This document shows positions 30,091 through 43,068 of a stretch of DNA of 64,000 nucleotides, piece after piece. Within the stretch, counting starts at the first letter, position 1, and every line of letters begins with the position of its first letter. The stretch is from contig CAWEXO010000003.1 in assembly GCA_963813025.1 (NCBI GenBank), positions 1-64,000 on the forward strand, written 5' to 3'. The translations under genes were made by a program, and so were the position numbers. Origin of the DNA: an uncultured Verrucomicrobiae bacterium (GTDB lineage: Bacteria > Verrucomicrobiota > Verrucomicrobiia > Chthoniobacterales > JAFAMB01). A model generated the notes under the pieces. That model was not told the origin of the DNA and ran no database searches. It worked only from the letters and a program-made list of their open reading frames with translations.

Positions 30091-32163
30091 TCAAATCCCG
30101 GCGTGGATGGCGGGGCGATGCTCTGGGTCGGGCTCTGCCTTGCGTAGCACTTCCCGGGTCACGGGAGCAATGTCACCTTCGCCGCTGAGCACGTAGTAGA
30201 TGAGGTATAAGAGGGGGTTACCCTCGCTCCAATTAAAATAAGCATGCGGTACTTTTCCCTTATCGTCGCGTAAATAGAGCAAAAAAGCGGCAATCGCATT
30301 TGGTACTGCCGCACTTTGTCCGCGCAGAACGCGATGATGGCCTACGTTGACGCCCTGGACGTTCAGATCGGCCGAGAACTCGCTGGGGTCGCGCACGTAG
30401 ATCTCCAAAAATACGACTGGATCATCTGGAGGGATGTTATTGTCCTCGCGCATTTCTTGTTCGCGGTAACTATACTCGGCGTCGTCACACCGGCGAGGGT
30501 GGTTGGCGATGATGCGCAGTTCGCCGTGGGCAGCCATGTCTTTGAGGAAGCGCTCGGCCTCATTATCGAGCGTAATCTTCTCGACACGTAGTTCGGTCGT
30601 GCGCCAAACGCGCGAGACGAGAGAGCTCAGGACGATAGCGACAATAAAAAAGGCGCCGATTTTGACGCCGTCTGGCCGCTCGATAACATTGACCAAAGTC
30701 GTGTAAACAAACACGAGTGTGATCAAGCCAAAGCACACACCGGCAACTGACTGCGCCCGCCGCCATGTGGAAAGCGTCACGGCCACCGCGGCCGAAGTCA
30801 TCAGGACGAGCACCCCAGTTGCATACGCGCCACCTTGCGCGTCCACGCTTGCGCGGAAGATCAGGGTTACTGCAAACCCGAGGGCCGTGTAGATCAGAAC
30901 TAGCGGCCGACTCGCCCGAGTCCATTCCGGGGCCATCCCGTAGCGCGGCAAATAGCGCGGCACGATATTCAGAAGTCCTGCCATAGCGGATGCTCCGGCG
31001 AACCAAAGAATCGCGATTGTGGAAAGATCATAGGCAGTTCCGAATCCGTCACCCAGGAATTGATGCGCTAAATAGGCGAGCGCACGCCCGTTGGCGGGGC
31101 CGGCGGGCTCCCCGTCAGCACCCGCGGAACGGAAAGCCTCCGAGGGGATAAGTAACGTTGTAACGAGCGCTGTGCTCAAAAGAAAAAGGCTCATAATCAG
31201 CGCGGCTGTAAACAGAAGATGATGGGTGTGACGTATCTTACCGGCAGGGCGGGGCTCCTGATCGTCGAGCGATCCTTTGACTAATGGCATCATCGCCACA
31301 CCAGTTTCAAAGCCAGACAATCCCAGGGCTAACTTTGGGAACAGGAGCAGACTGACACCAACCATCACGAGCGGGTTGCCATGGGCGGCAAAAAGTGCAC
31401 TTTTCCAATCCACGAACACGTGAGGATTAGTCGCAAGATGCTCGAGGCCGACGCTAACGACAATCAGATTGAGCGTTAAATAAACGCCCACCAGGGTGAC
31501 CGCAATACCGATGGCTTCCTTAAATCCTTTCAGGAACACCGCGCCCAGTAGCCCAACAAGAAAGAGTGTGACTGGCACCTGTTGACCATGGAGAAGGCGA
31601 GAAACAAACGGATTTTCGATCAAATGCGCACTCGCGTCGGCCGCCGACAAGGTAATGGTGATAATGAAATCAGTTGCAGCGAAGCCCAAGAGTGTCAGCA
31701 CAAAGAGCTTCCCTTTCCACCACGTCAGCAGGTGCTCCAGCATAGCAATCGACCCTTCTCCGTGCGGGCTTTCCCTGGCCACGTGACGGTAAATGGGCAA
31801 CGCACCAAAGAGCGTCAGTAGCACGAGGACGAAGGTAGCCACAGGTGAAAGCGCGCCCGCAGCTAAAAAGGCAATGCCGGGCTGATAGCCGAGCGTCGAA
31901 AAGTAATCGACGCCCGTCAGACACATCACCTTCCACCAGGGCTGTTCAATCTCCCCTTTGGTGTGTGGCCCTTGGGTGCCTTTGACTGGTAAGTCGGCGA
32001 TTAGCCATCGCTTGAACGGGTGTGCCGTTGATGAATTAGCAGTCTGCGGCGGAACATTGCTCGACGATGCGTTAATGTCGCTCAAAGCGCCTTCTAGCAA
32101 GTTCCCCAGAACTCTGCGCGTTCTTTTTGCGGCAAGAAACACTGGATTGATTGCCTTGGGCAT
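30091..32163 (-). CDS. APC-superfamily amino acid/cation transporter
   Basis: [39 protein letters not shown]; about 12 TM segments plus a soluble C-terminal domain. Confidence 0.85.
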   Translation of the reverse strand: MPKAINPVFLAAKRTRRVLGNLLEGALSDINASSSNVPPQTANSSTAHPFKRWLIADLPVKGTQGPHTKGEIEQPWWKVMCLTGVDYFSTLGYQPGIAFLAAGALSPVATFVLVLLTLFGALPIYRHVARESPHGEGSIAMLEHLLTWWKGKLFVLTLLGFAATDFIITITLSAADASAHLIENPFVSRLLHGQQVPVTLFLVGLLGAVFLKGFKEAIGIAVTLVGVYLTLNLIVVSVGLEHLATNPHVFVDWKSALFAAHGNPLVMVGVSLLLFPKLALGLSGFETGVAMMPLVKGSLDDQEPRPAGKIRHTHHLLFTAALIMSLFLLSTALVTTLLIPSEAFRSAGADGEPAGPANGRALAYLAHQFLGDGFGTAYDLSTIAILWFAGASAMAGLLNIVPRYLPRYGMAPEWTRASRPLVLIYTALGFAVTLIFRASVDAQGGAYATGVLVLMTSAAVAVTLSTWRRAQSVAGVCFGLITLVFVYTTLVNVIERPDGVKIGAFFIVAIVLSSLVSRVWRTTELRVEKITLDNEAERFLKDMAAHGELRIIANHPRRCDDAEYSYREQEMREDNNIPPDDPVVFLEIYVRDPSEFSADLNVQGVNVGHHRVLRGQSAAVPNAIAAFLLYLRDDKGKVPHAYFNWSEGNPLLYLIYYVLSGEGDIAPVTREVLRKAEPDPEHRPAIHAGI

Positions 32164-32198
32164 CTCGACGTAGAAAGTAGGCAGCAGTGGGTCGGCAG

Positions 32199-32398
32199 TT
32201 AAGACCGGTGTGGCATTGGAGCTTTATGCCCGATAGCTAGTTTGGTTCCGAGCGTTTTGGTTGTTGCATTAGCGAAGCTCCAGATCGGGTTGTTTGCCGA
32301 TCTGGAGCTATCCTGTTTAGGAGATTTCTCTCTATCTACCAACTCGGGCCGATGCGCTGCAGTGTGAAAGCAAGAACAACATCTAACCCAAGAGAGGT
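32199..32398 (+). ncRNA. Candidate IS110 bridge RNA (structured non-coding left end)
   Basis: Perfect 13-bp hairpin at 32276-32309; TTAGGAG at 32317-32323 equals the element right end at 37085-37091; lies upstream of an IS110 ORF. Confidence 0.5.
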
Positions 32399-33055
32399 AT
32401 GGCAAAGAAAACCACGACCAAGCGAAAGAACAAATCAAAAACTCACCGGAGTGTTCTGGAACGGATCAATCTCAAGGCCGCAGGAATCGATATCGGGGCG
32501 AATTTTCACCTGGTGGCCATTCCCGAAGACCGCGGCTCAGAAACGGTGCGCAAGTTTGGCCCTTTTACGAGCGATCTGCAGCGGATGGCTGACTGGCTGA
32601 GCGAACACCACATTGAGACCGTAGTGATGGAATCAACGGGGGTTTATTGGATACCGGTGTTCCAGATTCTGGAGCAGAGAGGGTTGGAGGTAAAATTGGT
32701 CAACGCAGCTCATGTCAAGAATCTGCCTGGACGCAAAAGCGACGTCTCGGACTGCCAATGGCTTCAACAACTCCACACCTTTGGTCTTTTAAACGGCTCG
32801 TTCCGACCCAAGGACGAGGTCTGCGTCTTGCGCAGCTTCCTGCGCCTGCGCGACACCTTGGTTAAGGACTGCAGCAGCCATGTGTTACGCATGCAGAAGG
32901 CCTTAACCGAAATGAATATCCAAGTGCACCGCGTGTTGAGCGACATCACCGGTTATAGTGGCATGGCGATGATTCGGGCGATTTTGGCCGGAGAACGCAA
33001 TCCGCTCAAGCTTGCCCAGATGAAACACCCCCAAGTGAAAGCATCCACTGATCAG

Positions 33056-34467
33056 AAGAGAGATATTGTCAAAAGTTGTGTATTGGGAACGGGCGCATCC
33101 TTTGAAATGATCGATTAAGCGGCCTGTTGGGTTTGTTCTTCGCCATCGACGAACCGGACACCAGTAACTACCTTTGGGATCAGTTCGAAGCCCTGAAGCC
33201 GGCGCCAATGCTTTTGGGCTTCCAGACCGAGTTTAAAGACCATTGTCAGTGTCGCGATTCGTGAACCGCAACCCTTTGTTCGGTGAGTTCGTAATCGGAC
33301 GGTAGCAAAGGTGGATTCGATGGGGTTGGTGGTCCGTAAATGCGGCCAATGTTGGGCTGGGAAGTCGTAAAAGGTAAACAGGACTTCTTTATCTTTGTCC
33401 AAGCATTCGCAGGCTTTTGGGAACTTGATTTGGTAACTGGAGATGAACTGATCGTAGGCCGCCAGAGCTGCTTTGCGGGTCGGCGCCAGGTACATTTCAT
33501 GGATGAGTTGCTTAGCTTTACCTTGCACACTCTTGGGCATTTTATCCAGGATGTTGGCTGTCTTATGCACCCAACAACGTTGCTGGGCGATCGGGCCATA
33601 TTCTTCCTGCAGAGCGATCCAGAAGCCGAGCGAACCGTCACCGATGGCCAACTTCGGCGCGGCGGACAGGCCTAGGCGTTTGAGCTGCCCAAGCAGTTCA
33701 CGCCAGGATTGGGTGCTTTCGCGATAACCGTCGACAACAGCTAAGAGTTCTTTGGTGCCATCCTCGGTGGCTCCGATCAAGACCAGCACGCAGGTTCGCT
33801 CTTCGTCGAGTCGGACGTTGAAATAGACGCCGTCGGCCCACCAATAAACGTAACGCTTCTGCCTCAAGTCACGCTGAGTCCATGCCTTGTAATCGGCTTC
33901 CCAACTGCTCTTGAGTCTGACGATGTTGGTGGCTGAAAGCCCACTGGCTCCTTCGCCCAAAATCGCTGTCAACGCTTCGCTGAAATCTCCGGTTGAGATC
34001 CCTTTGAGGTAAAGGGCTGGAATCAAAGCATCGACGCTGGGAGCCCGACGCATATACTTGGGCAGAATCGCGCTGGAAAATCGACCTTGGTCGCGATGCC
34101 GGATCCGTGGCTGACGAACCCGGATCGGACCCACTCCACTGACCACCTCCCGCTCCGGCAGATGTCCATTGCGTACCACCAGCCGCTGCCCATTCTCATC
34201 CCGCTGATCTTTGTGGAATTGGATATAGTCGATCACCTCATTCTCGATTGCCGCCTGTAACAGCTTCCTGGCCCCTTCCTGCAGTAACTGTTCCAGGAAG
34301 GGCTTCTCTTCATCTTTTGCTCGCTCATCAAGCGAGACCACTTTATTCTCTGGCATTGGTGCATCCTTTCTTTTTGGCGTCCTCGAGTGAGGCTGCCGTG
34401 TTTCTTTTTCTCACTGAAAGGATGCGCCTTTCTTTATCTCCTCATCCACAAAATTCGGTTATAGCTC
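33056..34467 (-). mobile_element. IS256-family element, apparently intact (transposase 33115-34356, 413 aa)
   Basis: RNGHLPER, LYLKGISTGD, YWWADGVY, IGDGSLG, QRCWVHK, LRTTNPIES; imperfect IRs gagatattgtcaaaagttgtgtattgg / gagctataaccgaattttgtggatgag; flanking duplication CTGATCAG(A) at 33048 and 34468. Confidence 0.93.
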
Positions 34468-34623
34468 CTGATCAGATCGTCAAAGCCTTACAGGGAGATT
34501 ACCGAGCCGAGCATCTCTTCGCCTTGCAAACGGCCCTGGAACTCTATGACACCTACCAGCTCAAGATCACCGCCTGCGAAAGCAAGATTGAGCAACAACT
34601 TGAGCAATTCGACACTAAACTAG

Positions 34624-36497
34624 ACCTTAAGGAAGCGTGATTTAACCGCATGAGGGGACAAAAAAGCTCGAAATGCGCTTCGATGCTTGGTTTGCTGGGA
34701 AGTGCAAAGCTAACCAGACCAAGGAAGAAAGGCATTTCGAGTGAGTAGAAGTTATCCGAAGATCCTGCGTAATCGCAAGCGCCGAATCGAACGTCGTTTG
34801 GATCCTGAGCGGCGATGGAGTGAACAGCCGACACCGATGCTGAGTGCCAGCAACATCCATTTTGAGATGGCTGAACGTAACCGGGCGGTAAACTACGGCG
34901 GTATTGGCGCGATCCATCTAATGGGGCAGCGGCTAGGATTAGCCGAGGAGATCGATGGGCGGGTGCAGCTTCTCAAACGGCATTTGCCCTATCACGAAAG
35001 CGATCATGTGTTGAACCTGGCCTACAATGCACTGTTGGATGGCCAACGGCTGGAAGATATCGAGTTGCGGCGCAACGATGAAGCTTTCCTGGAGGGTCTG
35101 GGCGCGCAACGTATCCCTGATCCGACTACCAGCGGAGATTTCACCCGGCGCTTTGACCAAGGCTCGATTCTGGATTTGCTGGAAGCCATCAACACGACTC
35201 GGCAGCGGGTGTGGAAAAAGCAGCCTCGGGCTTTTCTTGCCCAAGCCTTTCTTGATATCGATGGCACAATGGCTCCGACTTTAGGGGCGTGCAAAGGCGG
35301 AGTAGGGCTTTCCTACAAAGGCATCTGGGGTTATGCGCCCTTGATTGTCTCGTTGGCAAACACCCGAGAAGTGCTTTATCTGGTTAATCGGCCGGGCAAC
35401 GTCGTCAGCCATGAAGGATGTGTGCCATGGATTGAGCGGGCCATCGAGTTGGTGCGCCCCCATGCCGGTGAGATCACGCTGCGCGGGGACAGCGATTTTA
35501 CGCTCAGCGCCGAGTTAGATCGCTGGGATAGCCAAGGGATCAAATTTCTCTTTGGCATGGATGCTCATCAGAAAGTAGTGCAACTGGCCGAAGCCTTGCC
35601 GGAAGCAGGCTGGCAGCCGCTGGAACGCTTGGCTCGCTATGAAATTGCCACTGAGCCGCGACGTAAGCCCCTTCGGGTCAAGGAGGCAATTGTGCGGTTT
35701 AAGGGGTACTTGAACAAAAAGTTGGTGGGCGAAAGCGTGGCCGAGTTTAATTATCAGCCACTCAAATGCGGACGCAGCTATCGGCTGGTGGTGATGCGCA
35801 AAAACATCAGCCTCCAGAAAGGGGAAACGGTGCTCTTGGAAGAGATTAGATACTTCTTCTATCTCACCAACCACACCAATTATCGGGCCCAAGAGATCGT
35901 GGCGCTGGCCAACCAGCGGTGTGACCAGGAGAATGTGATCGAGCAACTCAAAAATGGGGTTAACGCCATGCGCATGCCGGTAGACGATCTCCTCAGTAAT
36001 TGGGCTTACATGGTCATCAGTGCCCTGGCCTGGAATCTCAAATCCTGGTATGGACTGCTTATGCCCAATCGGCAAAGGGGGCTGGAGCTAGTCCAGATGG
36101 AGTTCCGGCGCTTCCTGCATGCCATTGTGTTGTTGCCGGCACAGATCGTGCGCAGCGGTCGGAGGATCATTTATCGGATCATGGGTTACAACAGTTGGCT
36201 AAAAGACTTCTTCGCTGCCTGGGAAAATCTTCGGCGGATGGCACCTGCCTGAAGCAGGCCTATTGACGATACTCTAGGCGGAACGCTCAAATTTCCAAGG
36301 CAGAGCTATGCCCTGGCGAGGCATGTATCGGCGCCCAAAATCGCACTAACTCCAAAAACTTTCATTGTTTTGGCCTGAGAAAAGCAAACCTGGGCCTTCG
36401 GTCGCCAGAACCAACCGGATTTGCACCATTTTCTAAGAATTTGCCTGGCCGAACGGGAAGTTCGTCGCGTCGCATTCGGAACTCGCTTATTTTGAGA
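34624..36497 (+). mobile_element. IS1380-family element, apparently intact (transposase 34741-36252, 503 aa)
   Basis: LDIDGT, LRGDSDF, NQRCDQENVIEQLK DDE motifs; CTAG duplicated at 34620-34623 and 36498-36501; weak terminal IRs ending AAGCG. Confidence 0.9.
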
Positions 36498-37299
36498 CTA
36501 GATTTGGAGCAAGCCCTCGAGCAAAGCGGGGCGGCCCAAGCACGGTCGGCCCAAGTTCGCCTAGCCCTGCAGCGCCGAGCGCATCTGGCCAGCGTTTGTG
36601 GTGTCGATCTGAGTCAGTTGCCTGGCTTGAGCACCTTGGCGGTGGAAGTCATCATTTCGGAAACGGGTTTAGACATGACCTGTTGGAAAAGCGAAAAACA
36701 CTTTTGCTCCTGGCTTAAACTCTGTCCGAACAATCGCATCAGCGGCGGCAAACTGCTCAGTTCCAGCCCCAGAAAAACCAAGAATCGCGCGGCGGCCATG
36801 TTCCGGCTGGCGGCCCAAGGAGCCATGCAAAGTAAGACGGCCATCGGCGCTTTTATCCGCCGCATCAAAGCCCGATTGGGGGCACCCACCGCCATCAACG
36901 CCGGAGCTCATAAACTGGCACGCTTGTTCTATCGCATGCTCAAGTTCGGAGCTGCCTATGTCGAGCAAGGGCAACTCTACTACGAGAAAAAATACAAAGA
37001 CCGCCTACTTCACAATCTCAGCCGACGAGCCAAAGAATTCGGACTCCAACTCACGCCTCTAGACCCAGCCACGGATTTAGTTTCTTAGGAGCTGTGGGGA
37101 GACCGTCTCATGCCACTGCCTGATCGCTCTTGAGCTCCTAATCGGTCGGCTTACCGCGAGTGATTGCCAATCTGGCCTGGTGATCGATTCGTTCTCTGGA
37201 ACAGAAGTCTTCAGGCTGTCGGATCTGAACTCCTCCTCGAGCTGCTGGTCGTCTTGGGCCAGAGGGGAGCACCTCGAGAGAGTAGTGGTTTGGGCAGCC

Positions 37300-37830
37300 G
37301 TACGCGGCCAAATCCGGTCGGAACCCCGGAGTCGAGTTCGGCGCCGGCAGGTCAGCCAGCAACGCTTCGTGAGCCAGATACGTCCGCTTCGAAAGGGCCT
37401 GCGCCAGCCGCAAACTGGCCGGCATCGCGGCACGCAGCTCCCCGTTGATGATTGGGCCCAACAGCGCCTCCAGCGCGGGCCCGATCCGCGCATCGTCCAC
37501 CAGTTTATTCAGCTCCGCCGAAGCCCCCGGCGTGGCGTAGGAATAAAATTCGGACTCGATGGTCTCCGGCCGGATGCGGTCGGTCAGCGGCACCCATTTG
37601 GCATAGGTTCCCAGCTTGGCGGCGTCGGTCCTCGACCCGATCACGTGGCCAGGCGCATTATTGAAGTTGTAGTAGCCCGGCGCGAGCTCGTCACAGGTCA
37701 GCAGCACGTAGGGCCGCCCTGGCGCGTTGGCCGACTTCAGCATCGCGATCAGGTCGTGGCGACCGCCGTACAGCGCCCCGGCATCACCCGTCAACCATTG
37801 CTGGCCGCCGTTGTAGCCTAAGCTCACCAC
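37300..37830 (-). pseudogene. GC-rich gene fragment of uncertain function (possibly the C-terminus of a sulfatase-like protein)
   Basis: Strong GC3 codon bias over PYVLLTCDE...NFNNAPGHVIG.RT..AKLG.Y...EFYSYATPG; no clear start; boundaries approximate. Confidence 0.35.
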
Positions 37831-37895
37831 AGCCGCCCAGATCGACCTTCGTCAAAGCCAGGTTAGAGTGGGAGGTTAAATTGGGAAACAGGAAC

Positions 37896-38060
37896 ATGAG
37901 CAAAAAAAACTCTCTATCTATTTAAACGACCATCTGGCCGGATCCGTCGTCGCCCTGGAACTGGTCGATCATCTCGTCGAGACCTATAAAGGAAAGCCAA
38001 TCGGGCAGTTCTTCAAAGATCTGCGCAAGGAAATCGAGGAGGATCAAGATGGGAAGCAGG
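37896..38060 (+). pseudogene. Fragment of a small helical hypothetical protein
   Basis: ATG, frameshift in an A9 run, then YLNDHLAGSVVALELVDHL...FFKDLRKEIEEDQ; truncated. Confidence 0.5.
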
Positions 38061-38294
38061 TGCCGTTTCCTAAATCCGATGTGGTGCAAAGCTCAGCGAT
38101 CGTTAGACAGCTGCCGGTTTGGATTGGAGCAACGCCTGATATTCACGCTAGGCGTCCAGTAGCACGTCTAGGATGTATTCCAGGGTTGCATCTAAGCGGG
38201 AGTGAGTTGTCGCTGGGTCCGCCAGCGAGTGACCTTCCGGCAGCAGGAAAACTCGCAGAAGGTTGCGCTCTGCGTTCCGGGGCCAAGTCCGCTT

Positions 38295-38990
38295 AGTCGC
38301 CCAGGTGTCCCGGCTGTATTACGAAGAGCGCATTTTTTGGAGACAACCTTGAGGCCGCTGGAGGTCATTGGTGTGGCCTCTTGGAGCGCCACGTTGCGGT
38401 CGATGGTCGAGCAGATGCGCCCGATTTGGAAAGTTGCCGATTGCCAGGTAGTCCAGCTTTTGGCGGAGTGGGCGATCCTTCAGTCGAACAACACCACAAT
38501 TATCTGATGACGCAATTGGCGAATTTGGTCCACGGGGAACCGCATTTTTTCCGGCACCTTGCCTGGTAGAGTCTAAAGATGCGGCCGACGTCCTCGCGCA
38601 GGACCCGCACCTTAGCAAAACGATGGCGCTGTTCGATCGGATTACCATGGCGCTAACTAGGTCGGGATTGACTCCGTCGAGCCCTCGCCGTTGTTCGTCG
38701 GCCTCGGGAGACATTTCTTGACCAAAAAACCCCAAAAAGCCCCGAAGCGAAAGGGGCGGTGGGTAACATTTGCCTTCGTTTTTACGAAAACCGACGGAGA
38801 ACAGATAGATAACTCGCTGGGCGCCCGGGTCTTCGGACTGGAATTGGCCCAATTAAAAAGTATTCCTCGAACAGTGGGAATTGCCGGCGGGAAGCGGAAA
38901 CGCCAAGCCATTCTAGGGGCGTTGCGGGGGACGCTGGGTCAATGTGTTGATCACCGACGAATTTAGTGCAGAAGCACTCGTCAGGGCATG
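38295..38990 (+). pseudogene. Degraded SorC/DeoR-family sugar-binding regulator, paralog of 40914-41920
   Basis: AQVSRLYYE joined directly to HFLETTLRPLEVIGVASWS; later IAGGKRKRQAILGALRG; internal deletion and many frameshifts. Confidence 0.75.
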
Positions 38991-39146
38991 AGGGGCTGCA
39001 GTGCGCCAAATCTTGGGTTCGTTTTAGTCAAGCTGCTGGTTCCGTCCTCGCCGGGAACTTGGGAGTTGGCTGGTTTGAGGCGGAACTAGGCGTTAGGACG
39101 AGCTTTCCGAGAGCCTACAAAAGTTCGATCACTTAAACGGTTGCCA

Positions 39147-39246
39147 TTGACAACCAAGCGGCGTTCGTCTTTCAGTGACTTAGCGATGATATAACACAAA
39201 GTGCATATTTATTCAGAAGATTGTTATTCACCCGTATGTTTATACA
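39147..39246 (+). promoter_or_regulatory. Putative promoter and tandem operator boxes upstream of the kinase operon
   Basis: TTGACA at 39147; TGCATATTTATTCA at 39202-39215 followed by two degenerate boxes at about 15-16 nt period; matches the box upstream of 43069. Confidence 0.5.
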
Positions 39247-39328
39247 TCACACTTAATTTACGCGCCGAATAGAGCGATCTCTTGCCAACTGATTTGAGAG
39301 AGGCGCTTTGAAAAGGAGCCCATTCTTT

Positions 39329-40802
39329 ATGAAAGTCATTCTTGCGCTGGACGCCGGGACTACCAACGTAAAGGCGATTTTGGTTGATCGCCAGGCCAAC
39401 GTGCTAGCCCGAGTTCGGTACCTCTAGCGATCGACTTTCCCAAAAGCGGCTGGGTCGAACAGTCGGCCCAAGAAGTTTGGCGCGCCGCACGACAAGCGTT
39501 GGAAGACTGTTTGGCCCAGGGCGGCGGACATGAGGTGGTCGCGCTAGGGATTTCCAACCAGAGGGAAACCCTTGTGGCCTGGAACCGAGGGACGGGCGAG
39601 CCTGTGGCCCCGTGCATCGTCTGGCAGTGCCGTCGCAGCGCGGAAATCTGTCAGTCGCTGCGCCAAAAAGGCTTAGAGGAAACCATTCGAGCCAAGACCG
39701 GCCTGCAGGTCGATCCCCTGTTTCCCGCGAGTAAAGTTCAGTGGCTACTGGAGAATCGTTCTGACGTCCGCAAGCTTGCGGAAGCGGGCGATCTTTGCCT
39801 GGGCACCGTGGACGCGTGGCTCGTGTGGAACCTCACCGGCGGTAAACGGTTTGTGACTGATTTCAGCAATGCTTCCCGAACGCAGCTCTTTCAATCTTGC
39901 AAAGGGCGCGTGGGATCCAGAGTTGCTTACGCTTTTTGGGGTGCCGATGTCCGCCCTCCCAGAAGTGGTTGCCTCCAACGAGGCGCTGGGCGACGCCACT
40001 TTAGGTGGGGACAAAGCGATCCCGATCTGCGGCATTTTGGGCGATTCCCACGCCGCGTTGCTCGGTCACGGCGTGCTCGCGCGGGGCAAAGTGAAGGCCA
40101 CTTACGGCACCGGTTCATCGCTTATGACTCTCTGCGATAGCCCGCAGGGCGACGACAAGGGCATCTCGAGCACCATCGCTTGGAAATTTGACCGAATTCA
40201 ATACGCCTACGAAGGAAATATTACCGTGACTGGCTCCGGGCTGTCTTGGGCATTGGCGCTTACTGGCTTCAAGGATTTAGAGCCGGCGGTTAAGCTTGCG
40301 ACCGAACTGGATGGCAACGGAGAGCGTCTATTTTGTGCCCGCCCTGGCCGGCTTGGGCGCGCCCCACTGGGACGAAAGGGCGCGCGGTGCGATCGTGGGT
40401 TTATCATTTGGCGCGCGAAAGGAACACGTGGTGCGCGCCGCCCTGGAGGCGATCGCTTTTCAGGTAAAGGACGTGTTTGACGCGATGCAGCAGGCGGCTG
40501 GCGCACGGCTGGAAGCGCTCTTGACCGATGGCGGGGCAAGCAAAAACGATTGGCTGATGCAATTCCAAGCCGACGTGATTGACCGGCCGGTCCTGCGCAG
40601 CCAAACGGCTGAGCTCTCTGGGCTGGGGGCGGCGTTTGCCGCCGGGCTGGGTTGCGGGTTTTGGTCCTCGACCGAGGAAGTCGCAAAGGTGGTGGCCTCG
40701 CACGACGAGTTTAATCCAAGGCTTGAGGAGAGCGATCGAAAGCGCCTCGTGCGCCGTTGGAATGGGGCGGTGGCTTCGGTTAAGTCGTACGGGTTAACCT
40801 GA
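39329..40802 (+). CDS. FGGY-family carbohydrate kinase (glycerol/apulose kinase-like), frameshifted in this sequence
   Basis: ILALDAGTTNVK, ISNQRET, GTVDAWL, DFSNASRT, GDSHAAL, KATYGTG, FVPALAGLGAPHW, DGGAS.N..LMQFQAD spread over several frames; AAGGAG RBS. Confidence 0.85.
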
Positions 40803-40913
40803 TGGATGGGATGCCAACTATTCGCCAAGGCACTCCGTTTCGCCCGGCCGCTCAGGCCAAGCCCTTGCGTAACCGCGGTTGGTGACAGAAGGGATCGGAG
40901 CAACTGTGCTACC

Positions 40914-41920
40914 ATGATTAACCACGGCCCAGATCTCAGGCTCATAACCCGTGTCGCTCGACTCTACTATGAGGAAGGGCTAAACCAAATCGAGGTGGCC
41001 CGCCGACTCGGGATCACGCAGGTGGCGGTGTCTCGCTTGCTAAAAAAAGCGCAGGAGCACGGAATCGTGCGAACAACGGTAGTCACGCCACCGGGAGCGT
41101 TTGCCGAACTGGAAGAGTTAATTGAGCGCAGGTTTGAGCTTGGCCAGGTAATTATCGGCGAAGCCACAAGCGATTCGGAGGATGCAGTTCGTGCCGCGAT
41201 CGGCTCCGCCGCGGCGCAGTTTCTTGAATCCACCCTCAAAGCCGGAGAGGTAATCGGGATCTCGTCGTGGAGCGCGTCGCTCTTGTCGATGGTGGAGCAC
41301 ATGCATCCCCCGAGGAAATCCGCAAACTGCCTAGTGGTGCAAATATTGGGTGGGGTGGGCAACCCGGCTGCCGAACAACACGCCAATCGCCTAGCCGTTC
41401 GTTTGGGCGGGTTGGTACACGGCGACGTGCGGTTTTTGCCGGCCCCGGGTGTGGTGGGCTCTGCCAGAGCGGCCAAGGTTCTGTGTGCAAGATCCTTACG
41501 TGCGCGAGACCGTGGCACTCTTTGAAAAAGTCACCTTGGCGCTGGTGGGCGTCGGCGCCCTTGAACCCTCGGAATTTGTCGCCAGCAGCGGGAACACCTT
41601 TTCCCAGGGTGGAACTGGAAGCGCTGCAAAAGAATGGCGCTGTCGGAGACATCTGCTTGCGCTTCTATGACACCAATGGCCATGAGGTGAGGGGCACTCT
41701 GGATGGCCGCGTAATCGGGATGGAGCTGGAAAGCTTACGCCGGGTGCAGCGGTCGGTCGCGCTCTGCGGCGGCAAAAAGAAGTTCCCGGCGATCCTTGGC
41801 GCATTGCGCGGCAAATGGGTCAATACCCTGATCACGGACCAATACACGGCGCAACGGTTGGTCAAAGCACAACCTGCCAAAACTATCGCCGGTGTATCGG
41901 CGGTACCCAAGCCATCGTGA
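40914..41920 (+). CDS. SorC/DeoR-family sugar-binding transcriptional regulator, frameshifted
   Basis: VARLYYEEGLNQIEVA.RLGI...VSRLL HTH; GAVGDICLRFYD, GGKKK..AI.GALRG. Confidence 0.85.
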
Positions 41921-42005
41921 TAAGAAAAATGGTGGACGCCAACTGGAAAATGAACCTCACGCACGATGAGGCGAAACCTGATCTGGACAAGTTAGCCGAA
42001 GTCGG
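41917..42005 (+). pseudogene. Triosephosphate-isomerase-family N-terminal remnant
   Basis: IRKMVDANWKMNLT.DEA (ANWKMN signature); stops resembling TIM after about 28 codons. Confidence 0.55.
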
Positions 42006-42082
42006 AGAGGGGGCGAGGTGCAAGATCGAGTCCCCGATTCACCGCGGCTACCCGACTAAAGCTAAATCAACACTCCCCCCCT

Positions 42083-42866
<784 letters not shown>

Positions 42867-42954
42867 GCGCATACCCTCGTTTCGCCTGGGTAACTTCCAA
42901 CGAAAGCGGAGCGCACGTGTCCACAACGTTTTTTAAGTTTTTTACGCGTCCCAC

Positions 42955-43035
42955 TTGACAGGGAAACCAGATCTCACCTTAATCTGGATTATATAATAAC
43001 GTAGTGAATTTTTATTCAACGTAACTTTTGTTCAG
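42955..43035 (+). promoter_or_regulatory. Putative sigma70 promoter and palindromic operator
   Basis: TTGACA-N17-CTTAAT at 42955-42983; perfect TGAAT-N4-ATTCA at 43005-43018, followed by a degenerate copy. Confidence 0.55.
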
Positions 43036-43068
43036 CTTGTCGCAACTCGATCCCTCAAAAAAAATTTT

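Larger units (their letters stand above)
32188..37091 (+). mobile_element. IS110-family element whose transposase is interrupted by two other IS elements (segments 32399-33047, 34468-34619, 36498-37088)
   Basis: DEDD RuvC motifs AGIDIG, MESTGVYW, RKSDVSD; C-terminal LCPNNRISGGK; segments rejoin in frame to 1392 nt (463 aa); left end 32188 or 32199 is inferred. Confidence 0.88.

Noticed and set aside
37092..37300. c-di-AMP (ydaO) riboswitch for the APC transporter on the far side of IS110
   Set aside because: No recognisable consensus elements on the relevant strand
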